Positions 1-10,356 of a stretch of 64,000 nt of DNA are shown piece by piece. The position numbers and the translations under genes were made by a program. Source of the DNA: Guillardia theta CCMP2712. Its lineage: Eukaryota > Protista > Cryptophyta. The notes under the pieces were generated by a model. The model was given only the letters and a program-made list of their open reading frames with translations. It did not search any database and was not told the origin of the DNA. Location: positions 316,973 to 380,972 of the forward strand of contig NW_005434644.1 of the NCBI RefSeq assembly GCF_000315625.1. Reading direction: 5' to 3'. The number at the start of each line of letters is the position of its first letter. Positions within the stretch are counted from its first letter, which is position 1.

Positions 1-250
1 CCTGGATCTCGGCGGAGAGGTTGTTGCCGAGAGCAGCCTTGAGCTCGGCCATGTCGATGCTGCCAGAGCCGTCCGCGTCGAGCTTGTTGAAGAGCTCCTT
101 GGTGAGCTTGACCTCTTGCTCGATCTTGGTGGGAGCGCTCTGCATGCGGAGGGACTCCGGGAGCAGGTGGCAGGGCGGGAGGAGGCCAGGCGGGGGAGGC
201 CCGAGGAGGCAGGGGCGAAGGCAGAGGCAGAAGCGATGGCAGCGAAAGCG
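1..250 (-). pseudogene. 5' part of an EF-hand protein gene with a disrupted plastid-targeting presequence (runs off window start)
   Basis: Minus strand from ATG at 145 reads MQSAPTKIEQEVKLTKELFNKLDADGSGSIDMAELKAALG, a canonical EF-hand loop. Upstream AFAAIASASAFAPASSGLPRLASSRPATCS is an ASAFAP signal/transit peptide, but it is out of frame because of ~8 extra nt and has no visible start Met. Confidence 0.6.
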
Positions 251-406
251 GGAGTGCAGGGGTATTACCTTGGGGTGGGGTGTCAACAAGTACCGGTACG
301 TTTCCCATCACTGTACTGTTTTTGTAAAGGTGGGGTATAGGGGGGCATTTGTTGAGGGGGTACCCTTACCTGGTGTGCATACGCCGAAGTTCCTTTAATC
401 GACAAA

Positions 407-426
407 AGGACTCCCGAAGGAGTCCT
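407..426. other. Perfect subterminal hairpin at the putative left end
   Basis: AGGACTCC-CGAA-GGAGTCCT, an 8-bp stem starting 8 nt after the left TTAA. Confidence 0.7.
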
Positions 427-667
427 GGACCAGCATGACAGGGGTCATTGATAGGTTTCAATCACCCATCCAATGGGGCTGTATGAGGGTCTTAAAAAAG
501 AAAAAAAAATCTTCCCTCCTCCGACGGAAAGTTTGTGGCACTGCTCGTTTCATCTTCCCGCCATTACAGAGTTTGCGGTCCGACAATACACTGAAACGAT
601 GGTAATGAAAAAAATGTAGCGACTACCTGCTATCTAACATGGTTTCGCCAGACTAACATACTATAAC

Positions 668-2733
668 ATGCCGAGGAAGAGAAAACGAATTACAGATGAT
701 TCAGACAACGGTCAAGAAATAAGTTATTCAAAACCATTCACGAGAGTCGTCAAATGTGGGTTATACTCGAGACTCAAGGTAGAGAACAGATCGATTTTAG
801 ACGTGATCGACAGATGGGTATTACATATCAGTCAGATCACATCAAGAGGCAGTATGATATTCAACTGTTTTCTGATATGGGGCAGGGATACAGGGAATTT
901 ACGATATGTAGTAGATGAAATCAAGAGAGCCAAATCGACCTTTTTCTGGAATGTTTTTACACTTGGAATGGAACAACATAGCCGTACAGATAACAAGTAT
1001 CCAACTCTACAACGTTTCTGGTCAGAGAAAAGACATCTTTTCGTTGATTTATGTAGAATTCGAGGAGACTCGCAAGCTATTGTATTCGCTGCAAATCAAT
1101 ATGGAACGAATTTCTACCAAGACCTGAAAGCAAATTTTACAAACCGATTGGAAAAGTTCATTGCCGAATTCTGCAAAGGAGAGTTACATATTAACCATCA
1201 GCAAGAAATCGAAGACGTGAAGAATGTATTGTTTCAAAGGAAAGATTACGAGTTGAAGACAGAAGTGTTTAACAGGAATAATTCACAGCAGATAGGAACC
1301 TTCATCGACCATATGAAACAACTAATTGGATTATCGGGGGACGAAGATCTTTTTAGTTTCAAATATGACAAATTTGATCATAGGTTGCAGAAAAATCTGT
1401 TTGAGATAATCGAGACACACATGTTCATGTTGAAGTTCTTCGAAGATCGTGGTCTCTCGAAAAAAACATTCAAGGCAGCACCAATGTCGAAATTCGGCAG
1501 AAAACATCTAACAATCGATAATGATGTGATGTATTACATTTTGAAAGAAGCGAACAGTTTGAAACCGGGAGAAGATAAAAAATCGTTCATGAGAATAGAT
1601 CAAACTTTGGAGAACTCTAGGAATTTCAGAAGGATTTTCGACTGTTCGAATCTGTTCAGAGATCAGAGAGAGGAGATTACAAGTATCACGACAGACGGTG
1701 TATCGGTTTGTTTTCGCTTCACGTTGATTATCAAAACAATCGATGGACTCGAACAGGAACCTTCATTGCGCACTACCAAATGGCTTGCCGATAGAAAAAG
1801 GGCTGAACGGAAATCGGCGAAGAAGATATCAATATCATACAAAGTATTACATGAAAATTCAGAATACCAAAGAGAGATCGAAGAATGTAAAAATTGCCCA
1901 AGGGTAATTGCGATCGACCCTGGGAGGAGCGTCATTATATCGGCCGTCGAACAATTCAGAGATGATCAACAAATAATCAGAAAAAGATTTCAGTTTTCGA
2001 GAAAACAATATTATCACGAGTCACATCTGAATCGCAATAAAAAGAAAAGAAAGACGTGGGATCAAGATATTCAATCGACATTGCACTATCTCAAGGGGTT
2101 CTCGAGTAAGTCTGGCGGCAGTCTATCAAGATTCGAAGACTATCTTCTTGCAGTTACAAGTCATTGGGAGGAGTTAACTTCGCATTATTCAAAGCGAAAA
2201 TACGCCAGGATGAAATTCGACATCTACATTTCGAAACGAAAGTCAGTCGACAGGTTTATCCGTACAATGAAAGGAAAGGGAGAAATAGAACCTGTTATCG
2301 CATATGGAAATGCAAGGTTCCCGTCTACAGGACGTCGAGGAGAAAGGCCTGTACCGCCGGGTCAGGTGGATAAGAAGAAGATTCGAGAATCACTACAGAG
2401 TCGTAGATGTTGACGAATACCGTACTACCAAGTGCTGTAACGATTGTGGTTCTGAGCTCGATGTGCTTCGACGGATTGAAAATACAGGGAACGAACCAGA
2501 CGAGACCTGTAGGTTGAAAACAAGGAAAAGTGAAGTACGAGGATTGAAATTTTGCAGATCATCGAGGTAATATCAAGTTTTGTATACTCCTGTAATTCAC
2601 CTTTTCATCTAACTGTTATCGTGACAGCTGTAAAGGAAAGCCGATCAAATCCAGGGACTTGAATGCTGCACTGAATATACTCACTTGTTTCAATGTGTTT
2701 CCTGAAAGACCGAATCACCTACGTCGCCCCTGA
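668..2733 (+). CDS. Fanzor (probably Fanzor1-type) TnpB-like RuvC nuclease, ~666 aa reconstructed; frameshifted in this copy
   Basis: RuvC-I VIAIDPGR; VIAYGNARF; after a 4-nt frameshift at 2357-2360, VRWIRRRFENHYRVVDVDEYRTTKCCNDC (catalytic Glu plus Zn ribbon); intron 2567-2627 then joins RGLKFCRSSSC to KSRDLNAALNIL (RuvC-III) and RPNHLRRP*. N-terminal MPRKRKR NLS. Segments 668-2356, 2361-2566, 2628-2733. Confidence 0.92.
2567..2627 (+). other. Spliceosomal intron within the Fanzor gene
   Basis: GTAATA...CTAAC (2609-2613)...GACAG, 61 nt. Removing it restores the second Cys pair and RDxNAAxNI. Confidence 0.88.
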
Positions 2734-2944
2734 GGTGAATTCAATGATTGTTGTCGCCCCCTCCCTACCCAGACTGCGTCCCTCGGGACTCGATGCCTAA
2801 TTCCCTGCCTGCCTGCCTGCCCGGTGCCTGCCTCCATTATGATCCGATGTTTACGACATGTGATCATTGAAGTGACTGACTGGCATCATTTGGTAGGATT
2901 CATGTAAGGCTCCAACAACATCCGAAGACAATTTGGCAAAAAAA

Positions 2945-3125
2945 AAACAACTGCCGTTGTATGACGGAGAGTCGCGGCTCTCAATCATACGACGGCAGTT
3001 CTGTGCGAAAACTTAGTTCGTCGTTCAGAAGGGTATTCACATATTCCGTCACCGTGACATCATGAGGGAGAGTACCCGTGGTAGATAGATTCGTGGCGTT
3101 TATCTATTAAGTGGATTCCTAAACC
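2945..3125 (+). ncRNA. Candidate Fanzor omegaRNA scaffold (to ~3110) plus flank-derived guide (~3111-3125)
   Basis: Long stem 2949-3000 (AACTGCCGTTGTATGA/TCATACGACGGCAGTT, one G-U pair, inner GAGAG/CTCTC). Stem GGGTATTC/GAGTACCC 3031-3077 with a G-U pair. Terminal TAGATA/TATCTA stem 3082-3106. Lies downstream of the ORF at the element end, as expected for TnpB/Fanzor. Exact ends unknown. Confidence 0.65.
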
Positions 3126-3470
3126 TAAACCCCTCCTAGTCCGGGCCCGGCAGGGAGTCCGGCGGGGCGCCGCCCGGCGGCAACTTGCTTCGGATCATCG
3201 GATGGGCCGGGCCCCGGCCGCCCGGCCGCCGCAGGTGATACCTCTTCCCCGCTATGACCACGTCAGTTATTAAAAATGAAGAAAAACCTTGGCATGCAGC
3301 TTGGCATGGCATTTTGCTGCCAAGGGGGAGAAAGGGGAATGGCGGCGTACAAGTAATTGAGGAGCAGAAATCAGCAGCAAAGAAAGAGTTCGACGGCATC
3401 AAGATGTTTTATTTCGGTAAGAGTGATCTGATGTGATCAGAAGATTGTTGCCACCTATCACAGTCGAACG

Positions 3471-6042
3471 ATGAAAAGAGAATATTTGGATCCCGATACC
3501 ATAACTCCTCGTCTCCCTCTTCCTTACCGGATGATAGACAATCTGATCAGATCGCTGGTGGAAGAGGCTCTGGAGCAGACGAGGGACGACAAGGAGCAGG
3601 AGAAGGCGATCGATAGCGTATCGGCAGTGTTCGAGTACCACCAACGGAAGGATATCATCCTATCACAGGCCAGCAGCGATGGCCTCCTCGTGTTTGTCTG
3701 TACGTCTTCTGGCTCCCTTGAGTGCATCAACTCGCTGCGGGGAGCACAGGTCGGGGAGCCGATAGTTCTGGGGGAACCCGCTACATGCCTGACGCTGAGC
3801 TCGGATGGAAGGGCTCTGGCGGTGGGGCTGCGTTCCAAGGTGAACATCCTGCAGGTGATGAAGGACTCTCCTTTCTTGAAGCACTTGTTGAGCATCGAAA
3901 CACGGGGAGTGCCGAAGAATTTGGCCTTCTCCTCAGACAGCACTGTGTTCGTGGTGATTTCTGAAGCCGAGGAGCTTGAGCTATTCAGGATCGCCCTACC
4001 AGAAGTTCCCGTTGTCGAGGAGGAAGAAGAGGCTAAGAACACATCCTCTGAAGCCAGTGGAGAGAAGAAGGAGGAAGCAGAGGGCGAGGAGCTAGTGCCT
4101 ACCATGAAGGATCCGGTGCGAGTGCTGCGGCTCAAGTGCAGCAGGGAAAAATGCAAGAAGATGTTTTTTCTCGGGCTGGCGCCAAAGATCAGAAGAGTCG
4201 GCGAGCTAACAGGAAGAGAGTGTCGTCACCTCAACATCGTCAACGTCGGCACCAACATCCTCGAGAGGTTCGACATTCCGTTGAAGGAGTGGGAGGACGC
4301 AGAGGGCAGCGAGGCGAAGGGGTTGGCGGACGTGTCTATTACCTTGCCAAACCTTGTGACGACAGGCGCCATGGACGACACGACGGCCATGCTGATCATC
4401 GGGATGAAGAACGGGAGCAGCATCATCTGGAACAACCTGCTGAACTCCCACCACGCCACCTTGAAGAAGCACAAGGGCGCCGTCACCTGCTGCGCCTTCA
4501 CCGGGTACTCGTCGGACAAGGAGGCAGTCCGTGCGATCACATGCAGCGAGGTCTGCCGATCACCCCTGGTGCTTCCCTGTGCTGATGATGCTTATTGAGC
4601 AGGACAACTCCATCTACATCCACAACCCCGTCGACGGGAGCATACACCACGTCTACCGGGATGACCATCTCAGGGCAATCGACCTGGTCTGCCCGACCAC
4701 GATCCCTATCTTCCTCCTCGCCTCCGTCTCTCTCCATCAAGTCTGGGTGTTCAGCATCGACAGGAAGGAGGTCGCCGCGACCCTCAAGATGCCCTCCGAC
4801 ACCCTGCGTGCCAACATCAACATCTGCACGACTGGCGGGTTGGCCGGCGAACTCCTTCCCGTCCTTAGCTTGATTCAGAAGCCAGCGGTAGAGGAGGGAG
4901 GAGAAGGAGAGAAGGAGGTGACGGACGACAGCGAAGCCCCCAAGGCAGAGGAGGAGTCGACGCTGCTCGCGTACCGCCTCATCGACGTGTTGAAGATCGT
5001 CTACCCGGACATGGTCCGAAAGCCGCCAGGGCAGTGGATGCAGACGTCAGCGGAGGAGACGTACTGGCAGCAGAGGATGCCTGCGTTTGCGGGGAGCGAG
5101 GCTCCTGCTGTGTCGGAGACGTACCTGAGGTAGGAGGAGAAGGGGTTGTAGAAGGAAGGCAGCGGGGGAAGGTTGGTGTGGTGGGGGTCAGGGTGGAGGG
5201 AGAGGAGGAGGAGCCGGTATGAGAGGGAATAACGAGTTCTCCTTCAAGGCAAGCCCAGCAGGTGTCAGGCCTTGCAGGCGGCAAGTCTCCTCTTCAGAAG
5301 CAGGGCAGCCTAAGAGGCGAGTCCCCTCACCTTCCCCGCTCTTCTCCCCTACCAGCCGGGGTAGCGTCCCCCTTGGAAGTTCACGTTGACCGAGCACACA
5401 AGCGCAACTCCATGGTGGTCCAGCCGACGCAGGTGGCGCGTGCGACGGGGTGCCGGGGGGGTCTGATGTGCGAGCAGGAGACGATCAATCCGATGCTGAG
5501 GAATCGATCGCTGGGGACTTTGCTGTCGAGGAAGAATCAAACTGGCAGGTTCATCCTCCTAACTTCTCTTGTCCTCTTCCTCCTCTTCCTCCTCTTCCTC
5601 CTTCTCCGCCCCCCCCCCCTCCCCACCACCCCCCCCGCCTTCTCCTCCTTCCAACTCAGAGTCCTCACCTTTTTAGCCCCGTGTTGCCCTGCTGCTCGTC
5701 CTCCCCGCTCCCATCCTCCTCTACCCGCACCTGTGTCTCTGACCTCCTCCTCCGGCTTGACTTACTCTTCTTCACTCAGAAACTCAAAGTCTCCGCAATC
5801 CAGCGCTGCGGACTCGTTTCATGTTGTTGTTCGTATCTTTCCCTGCTGGTGAGCTGACAAGAACTCCAGGTGGCGAGTCGGTCGAGCGGGGCGTTGGCTG
5901 ACGCGGGAAGTGGGGGAGGAAGGCCGCCGAGTGCTCGCAAGGACGGCGGTTCTACTCCAGTCCTGGGCAAGGTAAACACCAGAGGAACTGAATTGGGAGG
6001 GGCGGGGAGGAGGAGGAGATGGAGGAGATGGAGGAGGAGATA

Positions 6043-6112
<70 letters not shown>

Positions 6113-6761
6113 TTGATGATGATGATGATGATGTTGATGATGATGATGTTGTTGTTGTTGATGATGATGCTGATGGTGGTGGTGGTGGTGGTGGTGGTGG
6201 TGGTGGTGAAGATGATGATGATGATGATGATGAGGAGGAGGAGATGAAGTGTGATTCTATGCAGGCGCAGAGGCTGAAGAGCGCGAGAAAGGAGAAAGAA
6301 GTGATCACGCTAGCGGAAGTCAGGTGAAGTCTCCTCCCCGTCCAGGGCTGGTCTGACGAGCTCGCAGCTCCATGAGGAGCTCGATTGCTGAGAGAAGCTA
6401 CAACGATCATGTGGAGATCGTCATGCAGGAGCTCAGGAAGCGACAGGTAAATCTGAAGCAGGGGAGGAGGAAGGGAAGGAAGGGAAAAGAGGAGGGGAGG
6501 AGGAAGAGAAGGAGGGAAAAGAGGGGAGGGGAAAGAAAAGGAACGAAATGAGGGAAGGTGTAATGAAATGAACGAGAGGAGCGGAGCAAGAAGAGAAGCG
6601 AGGGAAAGAGAGGAGGGGAGAAGAAGGAGGAAACGAGGTGGAGGTAGGAAGAGGAAGGAATGGGAAAAGCTGATCATCGATTCTGGTAGGAAGAGCGGTT
6701 GACCCTCAAGGCCCATCGAAAGAAGAGAGCAGAAGAGATTTTGACCTCGTTCAACGGATGA
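3471..6761 (+). CDS. WD40-repeat protein, WDR93-like (multi-exon)
   Basis: N-terminal RLPLPYRMIDNLIRSLVEEA resembles the WDR93 LPQPYRMI motif; WD repeats (LKKHKGAVTCCAF, CLTLSSDGRALAVG); probable last exon EERLTLKAHRKKRAEEILTSFNG* ends at 6761. The true start may lie upstream. Confidence 0.7.
6043..6232. repeat. (GAT)n/(GTT)n/(GGT)n intronic microsatellite
   Basis: Direct reading. Confidence 0.95.
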
Positions 6762-7159
6762 TCTCTGTTCTCCTCCCGTTTCGTTTTTTTTCCATCCTAT
6801 GTATGCCTTTTCCAAACCGTCCCCGTCTCCTCCTGCCCACCTCGGTGCACCCCCCTCTCTACCCCTCCGCTCGTCCTCGCTGGAAGTTGCTGGAAGTGGC
6901 TTGACAACTCTCGATCTATCTTCTTCGGACACCGTAGCTGTCATCATTAACTCCATTTTCTTCTCAACGACATTCGATGCTTTTTAAAAGTACTTGTGGC
7001 AATATACATGAAAAGTTCTCACTCAACCGGTGATGTTCTGCCGTTCCTCTTTCCTCCATCCTGTTATGCGGACCGATCTTGTCCTCCGTCTCCCCCACTG
7101 TCCGGACTACTTCAGCATACCACAGATCAGCGGCGATCGGGCTGTGACAGGTGCATTGC

Positions 7160-8378
7160 TCCTACTCGCTTCTTACTATCCGAAAAACCTCAACCAACTG
7201 CGGTCCCAGCGGCAAGGCACTCAGTTCACTTCCCTGATTCGCTTCTCTTCCTTACCTCCCATCCTTCGGCGCTTGCGCTAAGAGTCTCAGTCGCTGTGAC
7301 AAGTTTCAGCATGAGTACCGCATGCCACATAGAACGACTCACCATGATGTTCCAGGGCCCAGGGTGTTTCGGTTTATCCATCAGCTTGAACTTATCGTCT
7401 CTCATGTCGCTGAGCAATCTACTTCCCTTCCTGCGGACGAGAACATGAGCAAGCAAGGGCCAGCCAAAGATCCTTGAACACACTTCTTGTTGCACGAGGA
7501 GCAGGCCGCTACCAGGTTCTCCCATGAGTGTTGCCCACCCTTCGACTTGGGAACCTGAGTGTCTTTTAGCACACGTCTTTCGGAGATCAAGCAACTCCAA
7601 CAATGTGATCCAAGGTTGTCGCCGGGGACCCGCAGTACTGGCAGGTATTGTTGTCCCTTGCAAAAATCTGACAGCTCCTATTAGTGGCGGTGGTGCGCAA
7701 TGAAGCTGTACAGAGCCTCTGCTCGGGCGGAGAAGGGACAGCTTCCTCTTGGAGTTGGGTTTGACTAGTGCATGTGTCACTGACTAATAAGAGTTCACAT
7801 GCCATGCAATCACAATCCAGCTTCACGAATTGTTGAAGCATGATGACGGATGGCACCGGCATTGCGTTGTCTACACTCCTCCACCTGGATCACATCACTT
7901 GTGAGTCAACCTCACGGGTGTTGCGTCTCCATCACTCTCACAACAGCTCAAAGCTCGATGGCGTCTGCTGCTGACTTGGCGTCTCGCGGTGTATCTGTCC
8001 TCGTAATGACATGGTGGAGAACTTTTGAAGCAAGGGTCGCACCGAAACACTCTGGACCATCCTGGCCTTCCCTTGAACAAGCAGTTTGACACCTCTCTGC
8101 ACACAGAGATAATCATCACGAGAGTGTTGAGAACAACCTTGACAGAAATCCCTCCCTTGCCGCCAACCTCCGAGCACTGTGCTTTCTACACTACCGCAAG
8201 ACGCAGTTTCGCTCCTTCTTCTCATAATGCCATATCGTACAATCTTCGCTCTGCCTCACAGTTGCCAGCATCTTCGCCTCCCAGCATGTCTACTGCACGT
8301 GTACTGCATGCATGACATCACCTGTGCTGTCACAACCACCAGCGGCTCCATCGTCGCGTTCAGCACAAGGCAGTGCAT
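7160..8378 (-). CDS. HNH endonuclease, bacterial McrA-like/HNH_5 type (multi-exon)
   Basis: Spliced: MHCLVLNATMEPLVVVTAQ-RGVKLLVQGKARMV-...PVPSVIMLQQFVKL-...[52 protein letters not shown]. The 3' end is approximate. Confidence 0.85.
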
Positions 8379-9336
8379 TTCGAGTAGCCCAACACCCCAC
8401 CCTGCTCTACGACTGTAAAGCAAAAAATCCGGCGTTGCACTTCTTTTCAGATATTTCAAGCTATTCATGGAGTTCATTGAGTTAAATTCAATATTACACT
8501 GGATTTTTTGAACTAAAGATATGAGAAATGTCCAATTACCGAAGTTTTCATGTACCCACCATAGTACCCCATTCGTTCACCCGACATTTTCGTGCTCTTC
8601 CTGCCCGACACCTCCTCTCCTCCTCCTCCCCTCCTCTGCCCCCCCTCCCCCCTCCTCTCCTCTCTCCTCTCTTCTCTCTCCTCTCTCCCCTCGCTTGTCT
8701 TCTCTCCCTCCCCTCGCTTCTCTTCTCTTCCTCCTCTTCCTCTTCTCCTATTATCAAAACTTCTCTGACCTCAGGTCTCCCATGCATTCTCGGAACCCCC
8801 TCTTCCTTCTCCCTGTACCTTAGTTTTGCTGAAATTTGCCGCATGTCTCTAGTTACTGCTTTTGCACCCTTGGGGCCCTGCCCCACCCTCCCGCTCTTCT
8901 CTCCCTGATACTTCTTCACAACCACCTTTCCTACCAGATCCTACTCTCCCCTTCCATGACAACTCGACCTCTGTCCTCTGCTGAACACCGACTCGCTCCT
9001 TTCCCTGCACTTTTCTCCACATTTTTTGCGAGACGTCAATCGAGCCATCCAGCTCCCCTTATCCTGAGTTTCTCTTCACAATAACCTACTGTATTATTTG
9101 GGATGCATGCCCTCCTTGGACTGTATGATCCCGATCAGTTTTCACAGCTCGGTCAAATAGAAGAAACAGGCTGGAAACAGATGATATCGTCTTCACGAGA
9201 GTTTGTTAATCTTTCTTTATTCATGAGGAAAAAATAGTAACGAATAATGACTTGATACAAGCGTGACGAGTATCCCGGATCTGTCATCCCGACGCGTTGG
9301 AGCAGGGGATCTTGCCTATCTCTGTCAGCAACATCC

Positions 9337-10356
9337 TTACTTTACACTGTCCTTGTTGCTCTTGACACGCTGGACGCTCTCTTGTTTGTCCTTGCCATAG
9401 CAGTGAACCAGCCAGTTGTAGACTAACTCGTAAGATACAAACGTGACAGCCGACGAAGGGATGACTCTGAAAACATTCGTGAAGAACGCTCGATACAGTC
9501 CTCGAATCCCAGCCTCCCGCCACAGTTTCACATATTGCAACAGGAGCCCAGACTTCTCGTCAGACTCCATGATCATCCTCGTTCTTACCACCTCGTGCGG
9601 ATAAGTGAAGACGCTCGCAAATATCTTGGAACCTGCAGCCGCCGCTACAAGCGACGGAACCCCCAGCTCTGTGTGGAAATTCTCGTCGATAGGTACCCGC
9701 TGCCTCTTCGCCAGCTCCAGCTTGAGACGCTCATACATGGGATACTGGATTGTAATGTGCGAGACACCGAGCAGCGATGGGCCAAGACCCTTGTACAAGG
9801 CAGCGATCCCTTCCTCCCTTGGGATCTTGAGGAAAGCATCCATGGTTCCGCGGTAGGGGCAGGAGTGCCGAGAGAACATCTGTATCCTCGTCTTGACGAC
9901 CCAGAATGGGTTCGACACGGTGGCAGTCACTATCCCCGCTCCGCAGGCAGAGAGCATGTGCACAAAGATCTGTCCTTTTGAGAACTGCAGCCCCTCCTGC
10001 CGATCATTGGTCTCGAGCATCGACTTGAAGAAGTTGTAGGCTGTGAAATACGTCGTCCAGGTCGGAACCATCCCCAAGAGGGTCGGGCTCAGCCCCCGGT
10101 ACAAGCCCCGTACCCCCTCCTCCTTCATGATGGTATGGATGGTGTCCACAGTCCCTCTGTACTTCACAATGGAAGAGTGCGAGTGAATCTGACCCTGCAG
10201 CCTTGTCTTCACGACATCGAGAGGGCAGACACAGAAGGATGCGCATACACCAGCTGCAGCCCCCGCCAGAGCGGTGAGGTAACGATCTTCAACTGTCCTG
10301 TGCTGGTAGTGCACTACCTCGGAGGAGTGGCTGGTAGGACAGGATGGTACCCCCAT
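9337..10356 (-). CDS. Mitochondrial carrier (SLC25), NAD+/folate transporter-like, intronless
   Basis: Three signature motifs: PLDVVKTRLQ, PFWVVKTRIQ, PHEVVRTRM; GLYRGLSPTLLG. Confidence 0.93.
   Translation of the reverse strand: MGVPSCPTSHSSEVVHYQHRTVEDRYLTALAGAAAGVCASFCVCPLDVVKTRLQGQIHSHSSIVKYRGTVDTIHTIMKEEGVRGLYRGLSPTLLGMVPTWTTYFTAYNFFKSMLETNDRQEGLQFSKGQIFVHMLSACGAGIVTATVSNPFWVVKTRIQMFSRHSCPYRGTMDAFLKIPREEGIAALYKGLGPSLLGVSHITIQYPMYERLKLELAKRQRVPIDENFHTELGVPSLVAAAAGSKIFASVFTYPHEVVRTRMIMESDEKSGLLLQYVKLWREAGIRGLYRAFFTNVFRVIPSSAVTFVSYELVYNWLVHCYGKDKQESVQRVKSNKDSVK

Larger units (their letters stand above)
399..3106 (+). mobile_element. Non-autonomous Fanzor-carrying transposon, TTAA-flanked
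   Basis: AT-rich island in GC-richer host DNA. TTAA at 395-398 and 3107-3110. Ends are imperfect inverted repeats (left TTAATCGACAAA, right reverse complement TTAATAGATAAA, 10/12). Contains only the Fanzor gene and no transposase. Boundaries are inferred. Confidence 0.6.

Noticed and set aside
492-495. Alternative left-end TTAA
   Set aside because: The following sequence is an A-run with a weaker match to the right end; less favoured but not excluded.
2351-2365. 15-nt GT..AG mini-intron explaining the frameshift
   Set aside because: Its length is a multiple of three, so it cannot restore the frame; other options would delete the VRWIRRR segment and need weak GAG acceptors.
668-2733. Bacterial IS200/IS605 or IS607 contaminant, or Cas12
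   Set aside because: Spliceosomal intron, NLS, contiguous eukaryotic flanks, and no TnpA or CRISPR array.
3118-3132. CCTAAACCTAAACCC as telomeric repeat
   Set aside because: Only about two imperfect units.
5952-6956. Poly-Ser/Asp/Met/Leu ORFs here and at 44749-45633, 48435-49239, 53061-53546
   Set aside because: Translations of microsatellite or low-complexity DNA.
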